A stretch of 59,643 nucleotides of DNA, counting the filler. It is 3 parts of 3 records of this genome, joined end to end, with 100 filler letters (N's around TTAATTAATTAA, not from the genome) between each part and the next. Parts side by side here need not be neighbours in the genome. Positions count along the whole stretch, not along the records: positions 40,438 to 59,643 come from SRR31156797_14939; 2 more parts are not named here. The stretch is one strand, 5' to 3'. A model generated the notes under the pieces. It had not been told where the DNA came from, ran no database searches, and saw nothing but the letters and a program-made list of their open reading frames with translations. Position numbers and translations under genes: made by a program. Below, one piece after another: positions 59,573 through 59,643 of this stretch. The first letter of the stretch is position 1. The number at the start of each line of letters is the position of its first letter.

Positions 59573-59643
59573 GGTGACAATATTATCTAAAAATTATTAA
59601 TAAAAGGTTAATAAATAGTCTAATCTATTAAAAACTCTTAATT

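Overview
The window is not one locus. It is three contigs joined by two artificial 100-nt spacers (N44-TTAATTAATTAA-N44 at 27935-28034 and 40338-40437). Segment 1 (1-27934) looks like Bacteroidales chromosome, with TAnnTTTG promoters. It carries proS, a GIN lipoprotein and beta-barrel pair, an ECF sigma factor with a Dma/Reo-like dual-membrane anti-sigma factor, tsaB, a GT-C-like membrane protein, gcvP, a REC-PPDK_N protein, two histidine kinases, an MsbA-like ABC exporter, a YyaL-family protein, a CLC-CBS protein and a truncated secreted Ig-repeat protein. Segment 2 (28035-40337) is AT-rich and Arcobacter-like: xth, transporters, a two-component pair and a TAXI-TRAP / LUD / LhgO / MFS cluster. 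Segment 3 (40438-59643) is a Campylobacterota-like signalling island of kinases, regulators, c-di-GMP enzymes and a SpoIIE phosphatase. Best leads: (1) an unannotated ~260-nt transcript divergent from the ECF gene that shares its GCAACC-N16-CATC motif, encodes a 48-aa membrane peptide and has a 3' segment antisense to ACCATGAAAAA-type start sites; (2) an orphan TolC plus two orphan binding proteins, a kinase and a phosphodiesterase in one operon; (3) a putative 2-hydroxyglutarate uptake and oxidation cluster. All family calls are from motif recognition by eye; no searches were run. No rRNA, tRNA, CRISPR array or mobile element was seen.
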